A stretch of DNA of 64,000 nucleotides from Deltaproteobacteria bacterium (GTDB taxonomy: Bacteria; Myxococcota_A; Polyangia; Polyangiales; JADJMO01), in NCBI GenBank assembly GCA_016182965.1, contig JACPFM010000024.1, forward strand, positions 15,891-79,890. The letters are read 5' to 3'. Positions 53,253 to 62,885 of the stretch are shown piece by piece. A program made the position numbers and the translations under genes. The notes below the pieces were generated by a model. The model was given only the letters and a program-made list of their open reading frames with translations. It was not told the origin of the DNA and did no database searches. Every line of letters starts with the position of its first letter. The first letter of the stretch is position 1.

Positions 53253-56200
53253 TTGATCTTGCGCACGCCGTCTCAGCGCGGGTGCACCCATTGCATCCGC
53301 GCGCGCCGCCGCGGCGTCCTCGGATCGCGATCGCGCCCGCTTGCGGGCTCGCGCCCGAGGACCGCCACCTCCCGAGGAAATCATGCGTTCCTCGGCGGCA
53401 GCAGCGGCGACTACGCGACCTCGGTCGCGACCGACGGCGCGGGGAACGTGTACGTGACCGGCAGCGCGTGGTCGACCGACTTCCCGACGACCGCCGGCGC
53501 CCACCGCGCGACGGCGCCGGGCAACAACGACGCCTTCCTCACGAAGCTCGCGAGCACCGGCGTGACCTCGTGGTCGACCTACCTCGGCGGATCGGCCTCC
53601 GACTCCGGCTACGGCGTCGCCACCAACGGCACCGACGTGTACGTCGCCGGAACCACGGGCTCGAACAACTTCGACGGCTACGCGCGGTCGGCCACCGACT
53701 ATCAGGCCTTCGTCACGAAGTTCGTCGCCTCGACCGGCGCGCGCACGTGGTCCGTCTACGTCGGCGGCACCGGCAGCGACGAGGCTCGCGACGTCGCGCT
53801 GGGCAGCGGCGGCCGCCCCGTCCTCGTCGGCTTCACGAACGGTCTGTTCCCCGTGACGTCCGACGCGGTGCAGGGCACCTTCGGCGGCGTGAGAGACGGC
53901 TTCGTCGCGATCCTCGAGACGACGGGCGCTCTGACCTACGCGACGTACTTCGGCGGGAGTGAAGAAGACGGCACCACCAGGGTGGCGACCGACTCGACCG
54001 GCCAGATCTACTTCGTGGGCGACACCCGCTCGGGGATTTCCCGCGCGTCGGAGCGTTGCCGGGAACCGGGCCGACGTGGGAGGACGAGGTGCCGTTCCTC
54101 TCGAAGCTCTCGGCCGACGGCAAGACGATCGTGATGTCGACGTGGTTCGGCGCCGGCGCCGGCAACGGCAAGGGAACCGCGACCGGCGTCGCGCTCGACG
54201 CCAGCAAGAACGTCTTCGTCCTCTCCAAGGTCAACGGCGGCGGCTTCCCCGGCCCGGGCGGCTGGGACGACACGTTCGACGGCTGGGGCGACGCGTGGAT
54301 CTACGCGTGGCCGGCGCCGCAGACGAACGGCGCGTCGTGCCTCGCCGGCGGCCAGTGCACGAGCGGGAACTGCGCCGATGCCGTCTGCTGCGACACGGCC
54401 TGCGCAGGCACGTGTCAGGCGTGCACCGCCGTGAAGAAGGGCTCGGGCGCCGACGGCACGTGCGCGGCGATCGCGAACGGGACCGATCCCGACAAGGAGT
54501 GCACGGTCGCGAGCTGCGCGAGCACCACGGTGCTCACCAGGGCGCAGCTGTGCAACGGCCTCGGCGCGTGCCGCAGCGACGGCACGACCGCGTGCGCGCC
54601 GTACTTCTGCGCCGCGGCCAAGTGCGGGACCACCTGCACGATCCACTCGGACTGCCAGACCGGCAGCTATTGCCTGCTCGGCGCCTGCACGCCGTCGAAG
54701 GCCAACGGCGTGGCCTGCGGCGAGGCGCGCGAGTGCACGAGCCTGCAGTGCGTCGAAGGCATCTGCTGCAACGACGCGTGCGCGGGCGGCTGCCAGTCGT
54801 GCAAGGCGGCCCTCAAGGGCAGCGGCAGCGACGGCACCTGCGGCGCGATCGCCGCCGATACCGATCCGAAGAACGCCTGCACGCAGGACGGCGGCTACCC
54901 GGGCTCGTGCGGCGCCGACGGCCTGTGCAACGGCGCGGGCGCGTGCCGCGCCTATGCGAAGACCGGCACGGTGTGCGTCGCCCAGTCGTGCGCGAGCGGC
55001 ACCGTCGACAACGCGCGCACCTGCAACGGCTCCGGCGTCTGCAGCACGCTGACGCAGACGAGCTGCGGCGGGTACGCCTGCTCCGGCACCGGCTGCTCGA
55101 CCAGGTGCTCGAGCGACGCGCAGTGCGTGTCGACGCACTACTGCGGCGGCGGCGCGTGCGTCGCAAAGAAGGCGAGCGGCACCGCGTGCGGCGCGGGCAA
55201 CCAGTGTCTCACCGGCAACTGCGTCGACGGCGTGTGCTGCAACGCTCCGTGCAGCGGCACCTGCCAGGCGTGCACCGCCGCGAAGAAGGGCTCGGGCACC
55301 GACGGCACGTGCGCCTCCATCGCCGACGGGGTCGACCCGGACGACGAGTGCTCCGGCGACGCGTGCGTCAGCGGGACGATGACCTACCAGGTGTGCAACG
55401 GCAGCGGGGCGTGTCGGGGCAAAGCGGTCTCCTGCGCGCCGTACGTGTGCAACGCCGGCGGCACCGCCTGCGCGATGACCTGCACCGTCGACGCGAACTG
55501 CGGCAGTGACAGCTATTGCTCGCCGGCCAGGAGTGCGCGCCGAGGCTCTCCGCCGGCGCGATCTGCAGCGTCGGCAACGAGTGCAAGCTCGGCCTCTACT
55601 GCGTCGACGGCGTCTGCTGCGACAAGCCGTGCAGCGGCGGCTGCGAGGCCTGCTCGGCGGCCAAGAAGGGCCAGGGCACCGACGGCGTCTGCGGCCCGAT
55701 CAAGGCCGACATCGACCCGAAGAACGCCTGTGCGGTCGGCTCGGGGTACCCGGGCTCATGCGGCGCCGACGGCATGTGCGACGGCGCGGGCGGCTGTCGC
55801 GCATTCGCCAAGAGCGGCGTGCAGTGCGCGGCGCCTGGCTGCGAGGGGGCCTCGCTCGTCAGCGCGCGGACGTGCGACGGCGGCGGCTCCTGCCAGCCGG
55901 CGACGCCGACCACCAGCTGCGGCGCGTACACCTGCAGCGGCAGCGCCTGCCGGACGGGCTGCACGAGCAGCGCGGACTGCGCGGCCGGGTACTACTGCGG
56001 CGGCACGACCTGCCAGCCGAAGAAGGCGAACGGCGCCGCCTGCGGCATCGCCGGGGAGTGCACGAGCGGCAACTGCGTCGACGCGGTCTGCTGCAACGAC
56101 GCGTGCACCGGCACGTGCTCCTCGTGCACCGCGGCGAAGAAGGGCACGGGTGTCGACGGCACCTGCGGCCCCATCCTCGACGGACGCAACCCCGACGGCG

Positions 56201-58026
56201 AGTGCGGCGCCACCACCTGCATCGCCGGCTCGCTCTCGCAGCCCGTGTGCAACGGCACCGGATCGTGTCGGGCGAGCGTGACCGCCTGCGCGCCATGGGC
56301 GTGCGCGGCGAGCGGCACCGCGTGCGCGACGACCTGCGCGAGCGACTCCGACTGCGCGTCGACCGCGTACTGCGACGCGACCAACAACTGCGTCGTCAAG
56401 AAGACCAACGGCGCCGCCTGCGGCGAGCGCAACGAGTGCGCGAGCAACAACTGCGTCGACGGCGTCTGCTGCAACACCGCGTGTCTCGGCGGCTGCGTGG
56501 CATGCACCGCGGCGCTGAAGGGCAGCGGCGCCAACGGCGTATGCGACGCGATCAAGGCGGACACCGACCCGAAGAACGCGTGCGAGGTCGGCCTCGACTA
56601 CCCGTCGAGCTGCCGCTCCGACGGTATGTGCGACGGCACCGGCACCTGCCGGACGAACGCCAAGGCGGGGACGGTCTGCGCGCTGGCCGGCTGCAAGGAC
56701 GGCTCGCTGAACGGCGCCCGCACGTGCGACGCCGCCGGCACCTGCCAGCCGGCGTCGACGACCGGCAGCTGCGGCACCTACGCCTGCGCGGGCGCGGGCT
56801 GCGCGACCAGCTGCACGACCGACGCGAGCTGCAACGCGGCCAGCTACTGCGTGGGCGGCGCGTGCGTCGCCAAGAAGGCGAACGGCGCGGCGTGCGGGGC
56901 GGCCAACGAGTGCGCGAGCGGCAGCTGCGCCGACGGCGTCTGCTGCGACGTCTCCTGCAGCGGCAAGTGCCAGGCGTGCACCGCGGCCAAGAAGGGTTCG
57001 GGCACCGACGGCACCTGCGGCGCGATCGGCGACGGCGCCGATCCCGACGACGAGTGCACCGGCGACACCTGCGTGAGCGGCACGCTCACCGTGCAGGTGT
57101 GCGACGGCAGCGGCGCCTGCAAGGGCAAGTCGAGCTCCTGCGGCAGCTTCGGCTGCAACAGCACCGGCGACGCTTGCCTGAAGGCCTGCACCGTCGACGG
57201 CGACTGCGGCGCCGACTACTACTGCACCGCGGGCAAGGAGTGCGCGAAGCGCAAGCCCGCGGGCTCCGCGTGCGCCGCGCGTAACGAGTGCACCGCCGGG
57301 TTGTTCTGCGCCGATGGCGTCTGCTGCGATCAGGCGTGCAACGGCCAGTGCCAGGCATGCAACGAGAAGGGCAGCGAGGGCTCGTGCATCGCCGTCGTCG
57401 GCGCGCCGCGCGGCGGTCGCACGGCGTGCAAGGGCGACGGCTCCGCGTGCAACGGCGCGTGCGACGGCGTCAACGGCGGCGCGTGCGTCTTCCCCTCTAC
57501 GAGCACGACGTGCGGCGACGGCTGCAAGGACGCGAAGCTCGCGGTGTGCGACGGGGTCGGCGCGTGCCTCGCGCCGGTCGCGTGCCCGGGCAACCTCGCC
57601 TGCGACGGCCCGAACAAGTGCAAGTCGAGCTGCGCGGCCGACGCCGATTGCGTCACCGGCTATCGCTGCGTCGACGGCAAGTGCGCGCCCAAGCCGACCG
57701 CGACGTGCTCGGCCGACGGGCTGTCGTCGGTCTCGAGCGAGCCGGGCAGCGCGTCGCGCAGCTGCGCGCCTTACAAGTGCGGTCCCTCCGGCGACTGCCT
57801 CGGCAGCTGCGCCAACACCTCCGACTGCGCACCGGGCAGCGCCTGCGATCTCTCGAAGTCACCTGGGCAGTGCGTGCCGAGCGCGGGGGGCGCCACCGAC
57901 GAAGGCGGCGGGTGCGCGACCAGCGCGCCCTCTGCGCCGACCTCGAACGCCCTCGCCGCGGCCGGCGCGCTGGTGGCCGCGCTCGCGATCGCCCGTCGGC
58001 GACGGTCGGGGTCGCACCAGGGTTGA
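53253..58026 (+). pseudogene. SBBP beta-propeller plus Cys-rich-repeat surface protein with MYXO-CTERM-type tail, interrupted by two -1 frameshifts and lacking a signal peptide
   Basis: Three track ORFs (53253..54134, 54056..56281, 55516..58026) join seamlessly at protein level. Junction 1: ...YFVGDTRSG | DFPRVGALPGTGPTW at the G-run 54032-54035. Junction 2: ...CTVDANCGSDSYC | (x)AGQECAPRLSAGAIC at about 55520. Eight Cys-rich modules each contain (D/E)(G/A)(V/I)CC. Tail GGCATSAPS..AAAGALVAALAIARRRRS. The first SBBP repeat starts mid-unit and no export signal is present. Confidence 0.75.
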
Positions 58027-58098
58027 TCGCGCGCAACCCGCGAACACGCGACACAGGCGCAGCGACGGGCGATCGGAAGCAGAACGCAGCGGCTGAAT

Positions 58099-59937
58099 AT
58101 GGCCGCGCCGCTCTTTGCGCCATGCGGGGCGTGCTACGTTCGGGCCATGTCGGCGGCTCGACCTCCCGGCCCCCCGCCGCGGCGCGCGTCCGCGCCCGAA
58201 CCGCCGCCGCCTCCCCCGCCGCCTCCGCCGCCTCCGGAGCATCCCCGGGCGCTCGCGCACGAGCGGCCGGCCATCACGGTGAACGAGCCCGTGCCCGCGT
58301 CGGGCAACTTCGCCATCTCGGGGCCGCACGATCTGGCGAAGCTGTGCCCGAAGTGTCTCGGTCGCTACCCGGCCGACTTCAACGTCTGCCCCAAGGACGC
58401 GACGCCGCTCGAGCTCGCCCCGCAGGACTCCGATCCGCTCCTCGGCGCGGTGCTCGGCGCGACCTACCAGATCACGCGCGTCCTCGGCGAGGGCGGCATG
58501 GGCAAGGTCTACGAGGCCAAGCACCTGCGCCTGTCGTCGCGCCGCTTCGCCGTGAAGGTGCTGCACGCCGAGTACGCGCGCCACGCCGACGTCCTGTCGC
58601 GCTTCCAGCGCGAGGCGGAGGCCGCCGCGTCGATCGCGCACACGCACGTCCTCGAGGTGTTCGACGTCGCGCGCACCGACGACGGGCGGCCCTACATCGT
58701 CGGCGAGTTCCTCGAGGGCGAGGACCTGCACGAGTTCCTCGAGCGGGTCGGACGGGTCGACGTGCCGACGGCCGTCGCGATCACCCGCCAGCTCTGCGGC
58801 GCGCTCCACGCCGCGCACGCCAACGGCATCGTGCACCGCGACCTGAAGCCGGAGAACGTCTACGTCCTGCGCAACCGCACGCCGATCGGCGGCCGTGGCG
58901 CGCCGTTCGTGAAGATCCTCGATTTCGGCATCTCCAAGGTCGCCGGCAAGGAGACCAACCTCACGCGCACGGGCATGATCATGGGCACGCCGAACTACAT
59001 GGCGCCCGAGCAGGCCCGCGGCGAGAAGGTCGATCAGCGCGCCGACGTCTACGCGCTCGGCGCCATCCTCTACCGCATGCTCACCGGCAAGCGGGCCTTC
59101 GAGGGCACCGACGCCGGCTCGGTGATCACCGCGGTGCTCAGCGAGGAGCCGCGGCGGCCCCGCTCGATCGAGCCGTCGATCCCCGAGGCGGTCGAGATGG
59201 TCGTCCAGCGCGCGATGGCCAAGGACAAGACCGAGCGCTATCAGGACATGCGCGAGTTCGATCGCGAGCTCGCCGTGTTCGACGTGCTCGAGGGCGGCGG
59301 CGCGCAGTCTTTGCCGCCGCGCGCGGCCGCGACGGTCACCGTGATGCCGGAGGGCGTGACGACCGACGAGCACGCGCGGACGTTCATCGGCGACAACGCG
59401 CCGGCGCCGGCCGCCGCGGCGGTCGTCGAGCGTCGCGCCACCGAGCGCAATCAGCTCGAGCAGAAGGGGCGCGAGGCCAAGCTCGCGCGGCCGACGATCG
59501 TGCTCCTCACGCCGGTCGCCCTCTTGTGGATCATCACCGTGGTGGTCGGCGCCGCGACCGGCGTCATCCGCGCGGTCTCGAACAAGCACGAGATCAGCGA
59601 CACCGAGCTCGGGCTGATGGTCCTCTTCTCGCTGGTCGCCGGCGTCACCCCGCTCATCGTGTGGATCGTCCACATCGTGAAGAACGTGTGGCGCAACTCG
59701 GTGCGCGCGGTGGAGCTCGCGGCGGACATGCGGCGCTTCCTCGCAGGCTCGCTCATCGGCTACGGGCTGGCCTCGGTCACCGTCCGCGTCGTCTACACCA
59801 TGATCGCGCGTGACAGCCGCATGGTGATCCTCGGCTGGTGGGACCTGATGTTCCTCGCGTTCGCCTTCTTCGGCGGCGCGTTCGGCGCCGGGATCGGTCC
59901 GCTCGTGCGGTTGCGCCGCCGGTTACTGAACGCGTGA
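58099..59937 (+). CDS. Ser/Thr protein kinase with poly-Pro N-terminus, Cys4 zinc-ribbon-like motif and C-terminal 4-TM domain
   Basis: [12 protein letters not shown] tract, [58 protein letters not shown]. Four hydrophobic helices lie near the C-terminus. Alternative start at 58147. Confidence 0.88.
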   Translation: MAAPLFAPCGACYVRAMSAARPPGPPPRRASAPEPPPPPPPPPPPPEHPRALAHERPAITVNEPVPASGNFAISGPHDLAKLCPKCLGRYPADFNVCPKDATPLELAPQDSDPLLGAVLGATYQITRVLGEGGMGKVYEAKHLRLSSRRFAVKVLHAEYARHADVLSRFQREAEAAASIAHTHVLEVFDVARTDDGRPYIVGEFLEGEDLHEFLERVGRVDVPTAVAITRQLCGALHAAHANGIVHRDLKPENVYVLRNRTPIGGRGAPFVKILDFGISKVAGKETNLTRTGMIMGTPNYMAPEQARGEKVDQRADVYALGAILYRMLTGKRAFEGTDAGSVITAVLSEEPRRPRSIEPSIPEAVEMVVQRAMAKDKTERYQDMREFDRELAVFDVLEGGGAQSLPPRAAATVTVMPEGVTTDEHARTFIGDNAPAPAAAAVVERRATERNQLEQKGREAKLARPTIVLLTPVALLWIITVVVGAATGVIRAVSNKHEISDTELGLMVLFSLVAGVTPLIVWIVHIVKNVWRNSVRAVELAADMRRFLAGSLIGYGLASVTVRVVYTMIARDSRMVILGWWDLMFLAFAFFGGAFGAGIGPLVRLRRRLLNA

Positions 59938-60977
59938 GCCCCGACCGACTGGCGCCCGCGACGCCGGAGGACGACAATCGCCCGGCCGTGTCCGCCGAGG
60001 CCCGCCCGAGCACGCCCGAAGAGCGCCGCGCCGGCCGCGCGCGTCGTCCGGGCGCGCGCGATCCCGCCGCCGCCTACCGGCGCATCGCGTGGTCGCTCAT
60101 CCTGCTCGTGCTGGTCCCCTCGGGGCTGCTCATCGCGGTCGGCACCATCCTGCTGGTCCGCGGCACCCCCGACTGGAACCTCGTCCTCGGCATCCTCGTG
60201 CTGGTGTTCGTCGGGCTGCTGGCGACCGGCACGACGCTCGTGTGGGTGTTCATCGCGAAGGAGACCGGGCTCTCGCAGCTGCAGACCGACTTCGTGTCCA
60301 AGGTCTCGCACGAGCTGCGCACGCCGCTGACCTCCATCCGCATGTTCGTCGACACGCTGCGGCTGCGACGCGCGAGCAATCCGGTGCAGATGGACGAGTG
60401 CCTCGATCTGCTCGCGCGCGAGACCGTGCGGCTCACCGAGCGCATCGATCAGCTCCTCGAGTGGGGGCGCATGGAGGCCGGTCGGCGCATCTACGATCTG
60501 CGCCCCGACGACATCGGCGACGTCGTGCGCGAGGCGCTCGAGCACTTCGCGCCCCTGCAGCTGCAGGGCGACGCGGAGGTCCGCGTGCGCATCGACCCCG
60601 ACGCGCCGCGGGTGCTCGTCGATCGGCCGGCGATGGTCATGGCGATCCTCAACCTGCTCTCCAACGCGTACAAGTACGGCGGGCACCCGCGCGAGATCGA
60701 CGTCGAGGTCGAGAAGGTCGACGCCGGTCACGCGGTCGAGATCCGGGTGCGCGACAACGGCGAGGGCATCCCGCGCGCCGAGCACAAACGCATCTTCCAG
60801 AAGTTCTACCGCCGCGACGATCGCCTATCCCGCAAGCAGGAGGGCTCCGGGCTCGGGCTCTCCATCGTGACGCACGTCGCCCGCGGTCACCGCGGCGAGG
60901 TCCGGCTCGACAGCGAACCGGGCAAGGGCTCGACCTTCATCCTCGAGCTGCCGGCCTTCGAAGGAGAAGAAGAATGA
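59934..60977 (+). CDS. sensor histidine kinase (PhoR/SenX-like, 2 TM)
   Basis: An in-frame GTG at 59934 overlaps the kinase stop (GTGA). H-box SHELRTPLTSI. LLSNAYKYG, DNGEGI, GSGLGLSIV. Confidence 0.85.
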   Translation: MSPDRLAPATPEDDNRPAVSAEARPSTPEERRAGRARRPGARDPAAAYRRIAWSLILLVLVPSGLLIAVGTILLVRGTPDWNLVLGILVLVFVGLLATGTTLVWVFIAKETGLSQLQTDFVSKVSHELRTPLTSIRMFVDTLRLRRASNPVQMDECLDLLARETVRLTERIDQLLEWGRMEAGRRIYDLRPDDIGDVVREALEHFAPLQLQGDAEVRVRIDPDAPRVLVDRPAMVMAILNLLSNAYKYGGHPREIDVEVEKVDAGHAVEIRVRDNGEGIPRAEHKRIFQKFYRRDDRLSRKQEGSGLGLSIVTHVARGHRGEVRLDSEPGKGSTFILELPAFEGEEE

Positions 60978-60980
60978 ATT

Positions 60981-61703
60981 GTGGCATGGAGGCTTCCTGA
61001 CGTGGCCGTCCCGACCACCCAGCGCGCGCACGTCGTCCTGATCGAGGACGACCCGAGCATCAGCGTCGGACTGCGGATGAACCTCGAGGCCGAGGGGTAT
61101 CGCGTGTCCGTCGCCGATGACGGCGAGGCCGGTCTCGCGCTCGCGCGGCAGCCCGACGTCGACCTCTTGATCCTCGACGTGATGCTCCCGCGCGTGAACG
61201 GCTTCGAGATCCTCCGGCAGCTGCGCCGCGAGGGGCGGCAGATGCCGATCATCGTCCTGTCCGCCCGCTCGAGCGAGATCGACAAGGTCATGGGCCTCGA
61301 GCTCGGCGCCGAGGACTACGTGGCCAAGCCGTTCGGCCTCGCGGAGCTGCTCGCGCGCGTGCGGGCCGCGCTGCGCCGGGCGACGATCGTGCAGCGGCCC
61401 TCGCAGGTCCACCGCTTCGGCGAGATCGAGATCGACGAGGGCACCCGCGAGGTGCGCCGCGCCGGCGCGATGGTCGAGCTGACCGCCACCGAGTTCGACG
61501 TGCTCCTCGCGCTCCTCGAGGCCAGCGGCCGCGTCCTGTCGCGCGAGCAGATCCTCGAGAAGATCTACGGCCCGGGCCACCACGGCACCGCCCGCACCAT
61601 CGACAACTTCCTCATGCAGCTGCGCAACAAGCTCGAGGGCGACCCGCAGGCACCGCGACACCTCGTGACGGTGCGCGGCGTCGGGTATCGGCTGGTGCCC
61701 TGA
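60981..61703 (+). CDS. OmpR/PhoB-family response regulator
   Basis: VVLIEDD..DLLILDVMLPRVNG..KPF receiver domain and a winged-helix output domain (LTATEFDVLLALL...VRGVGYRLV). Confidence 0.9.
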   Translation: MAWRLPDVAVPTTQRAHVVLIEDDPSISVGLRMNLEAEGYRVSVADDGEAGLALARQPDVDLLILDVMLPRVNGFEILRQLRREGRQMPIIVLSARSSEIDKVMGLELGAEDYVAKPFGLAELLARVRAALRRATIVQRPSQVHRFGEIEIDEGTREVRRAGAMVELTATEFDVLLALLEASGRVLSREQILEKIYGPGHHGTARTIDNFLMQLRNKLEGDPQAPRHLVTVRGVGYRLVP

Positions 61704-61918
61704 GAGGGCCAGGAGCGACACCGTTCGTCGCACCCGGGGTGTCCAGGCGCCGACACCCCACGCGGAGGCCTCGTGGCCAGGCCTTTGCACGGGGCGTGGG
61801 CCCGCGACCGAGAGGCTCCTTTCGGGGCCTGAGTCGCGGTCGTCACGTGTGCCGTCGCTGGCACACCGCGACGCTCCTGTCAGATGCGTCCTCGGCTTCC
61901 ACTCGCGCTCGACCTTCC

Positions 61919-62878
61919 ATGACCGATCCCTCCACCGCCGCAGCATCGTTGACCGCAGTGGACGCGAGGCCGATCGCCTCACGCCGTGGACCTCCGACCT
62001 GGCTGGCGCGGCTTCTCGACTCCCTTTGGCCCGCGCGCGAGGCGCGCCGCTTCGGGCACGTGCGCGCCGACGTGCGCGAGACGATCGCGGAGCTGCTCTC
62101 GCGTACCGGCGCCGCGCGCGACGCGGCCGAGACGCTGGCGCTGACCGGTCACGACGCGCAGGCGCTCGAGCTGCTCCGGCGCTCCGTTCGCGAAGCGCGC
62201 GAGGACCTTGCCGCCTTCGATGGCTCGTCGCTCGCCGAGGCCGCGCGGCGGGCCGTCTCCGACGCGCACCGGGCGCTGCGCGAAGCCCCCGCGCCCTTCG
62301 CCGTCGCTTCCGACCTCGAGCTCGAGGCGCATCGGCGCGCGCTCTCGAGCGTCCATCGCGCGCTGCGTGCGCTCTCGTGGGCGCCGCGCGACGTCGCGCG
62401 GATCGGCCGCGAGCGCCTGCTGATCGCGGCCTCCGTCGTCGTGGCCTTCGCGGTGACCACGACGATCGCGGAGTACATCCTGCGCGCGCCGAAGCCGGTC
62501 GCATCGGCGATCCGCGGCGCCACGCACCCCGCCGCCGCGGTCCTCGACGGAGATCCGGAGTCCGAGTGGCTGCTCCCCGACGGGGTGGGAGGCTGGCTCG
62601 ATCTCCACCTCCGACCGCAACGGTTCGTGGGGCGGCTGCGCCTGGTCAACGCAGTGAACCCGCCCTACTTCGATCGCAGCGCCGGCAAGTTCACGATCGA
62701 GGTCCATCGGGACGGCCAGCTCGTGAAGTCGGTGACCGGCGCGTTCGACGAGAGCGATCCCGAAGGCACGCGCGCGATCCGCGACGTCGCCGTCGGCGAG
62801 CGCGCCGAGCGCGTGCGAATCGTCCTCGAGAAGCCATCGCGGGCCGGCGCCGGTCTCGCCGAAGTGAAGGTCGACTGA
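61919..62878 (+). CDS. membrane-anchored hypothetical protein with C-terminal galactose-binding-like (discoidin-type) domain
   Basis: ATG at 61919. Single TM segment LLIAASVVVAFAVTTTIAEYIL. C-terminal WLLPDGVGGWLDLHL..RLRLVNAVNPPY.DR..KFTIEV..GAGLAEVKV resembles F5/8-type-C-like modules. Confidence 0.5.
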   Translation: MTDPSTAAASLTAVDARPIASRRGPPTWLARLLDSLWPAREARRFGHVRADVRETIAELLSRTGAARDAAETLALTGHDAQALELLRRSVREAREDLAAFDGSSLAEAARRAVSDAHRALREAPAPFAVASDLELEAHRRALSSVHRALRALSWAPRDVARIGRERLLIAASVVVAFAVTTTIAEYILRAPKPVASAIRGATHPAAAVLDGDPESEWLLPDGVGGWLDLHLRPQRFVGRLRLVNAVNPPYFDRSAGKFTIEVHRDGQLVKSVTGAFDESDPEGTRAIRDVAVGERAERVRIVLEKPSRAGAGLAEVKVD

Positions 62879-62885
62879 GCGCGCG

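Noticed and set aside
54020-55535. Programmed -1 ribosomal frameshifting in the Cys-rich surface-protein gene
   Set aside because: There is no X XXY YYZ slippery heptamer at either junction, and no obvious downstream stimulatory structure. Simple 1-nt deletions explain both.
61868-61890. TGGCAC inside the hairpin GTGTGCC-N6-GGCACAC upstream of 61919, as a sigma54 promoter
   Set aside because: The -12 position (N5 then TTGC/GC) is not matched; the sequence after TGGCAC is accgcgacg. Only the -24 half is present, so the match is probably fortuitous.
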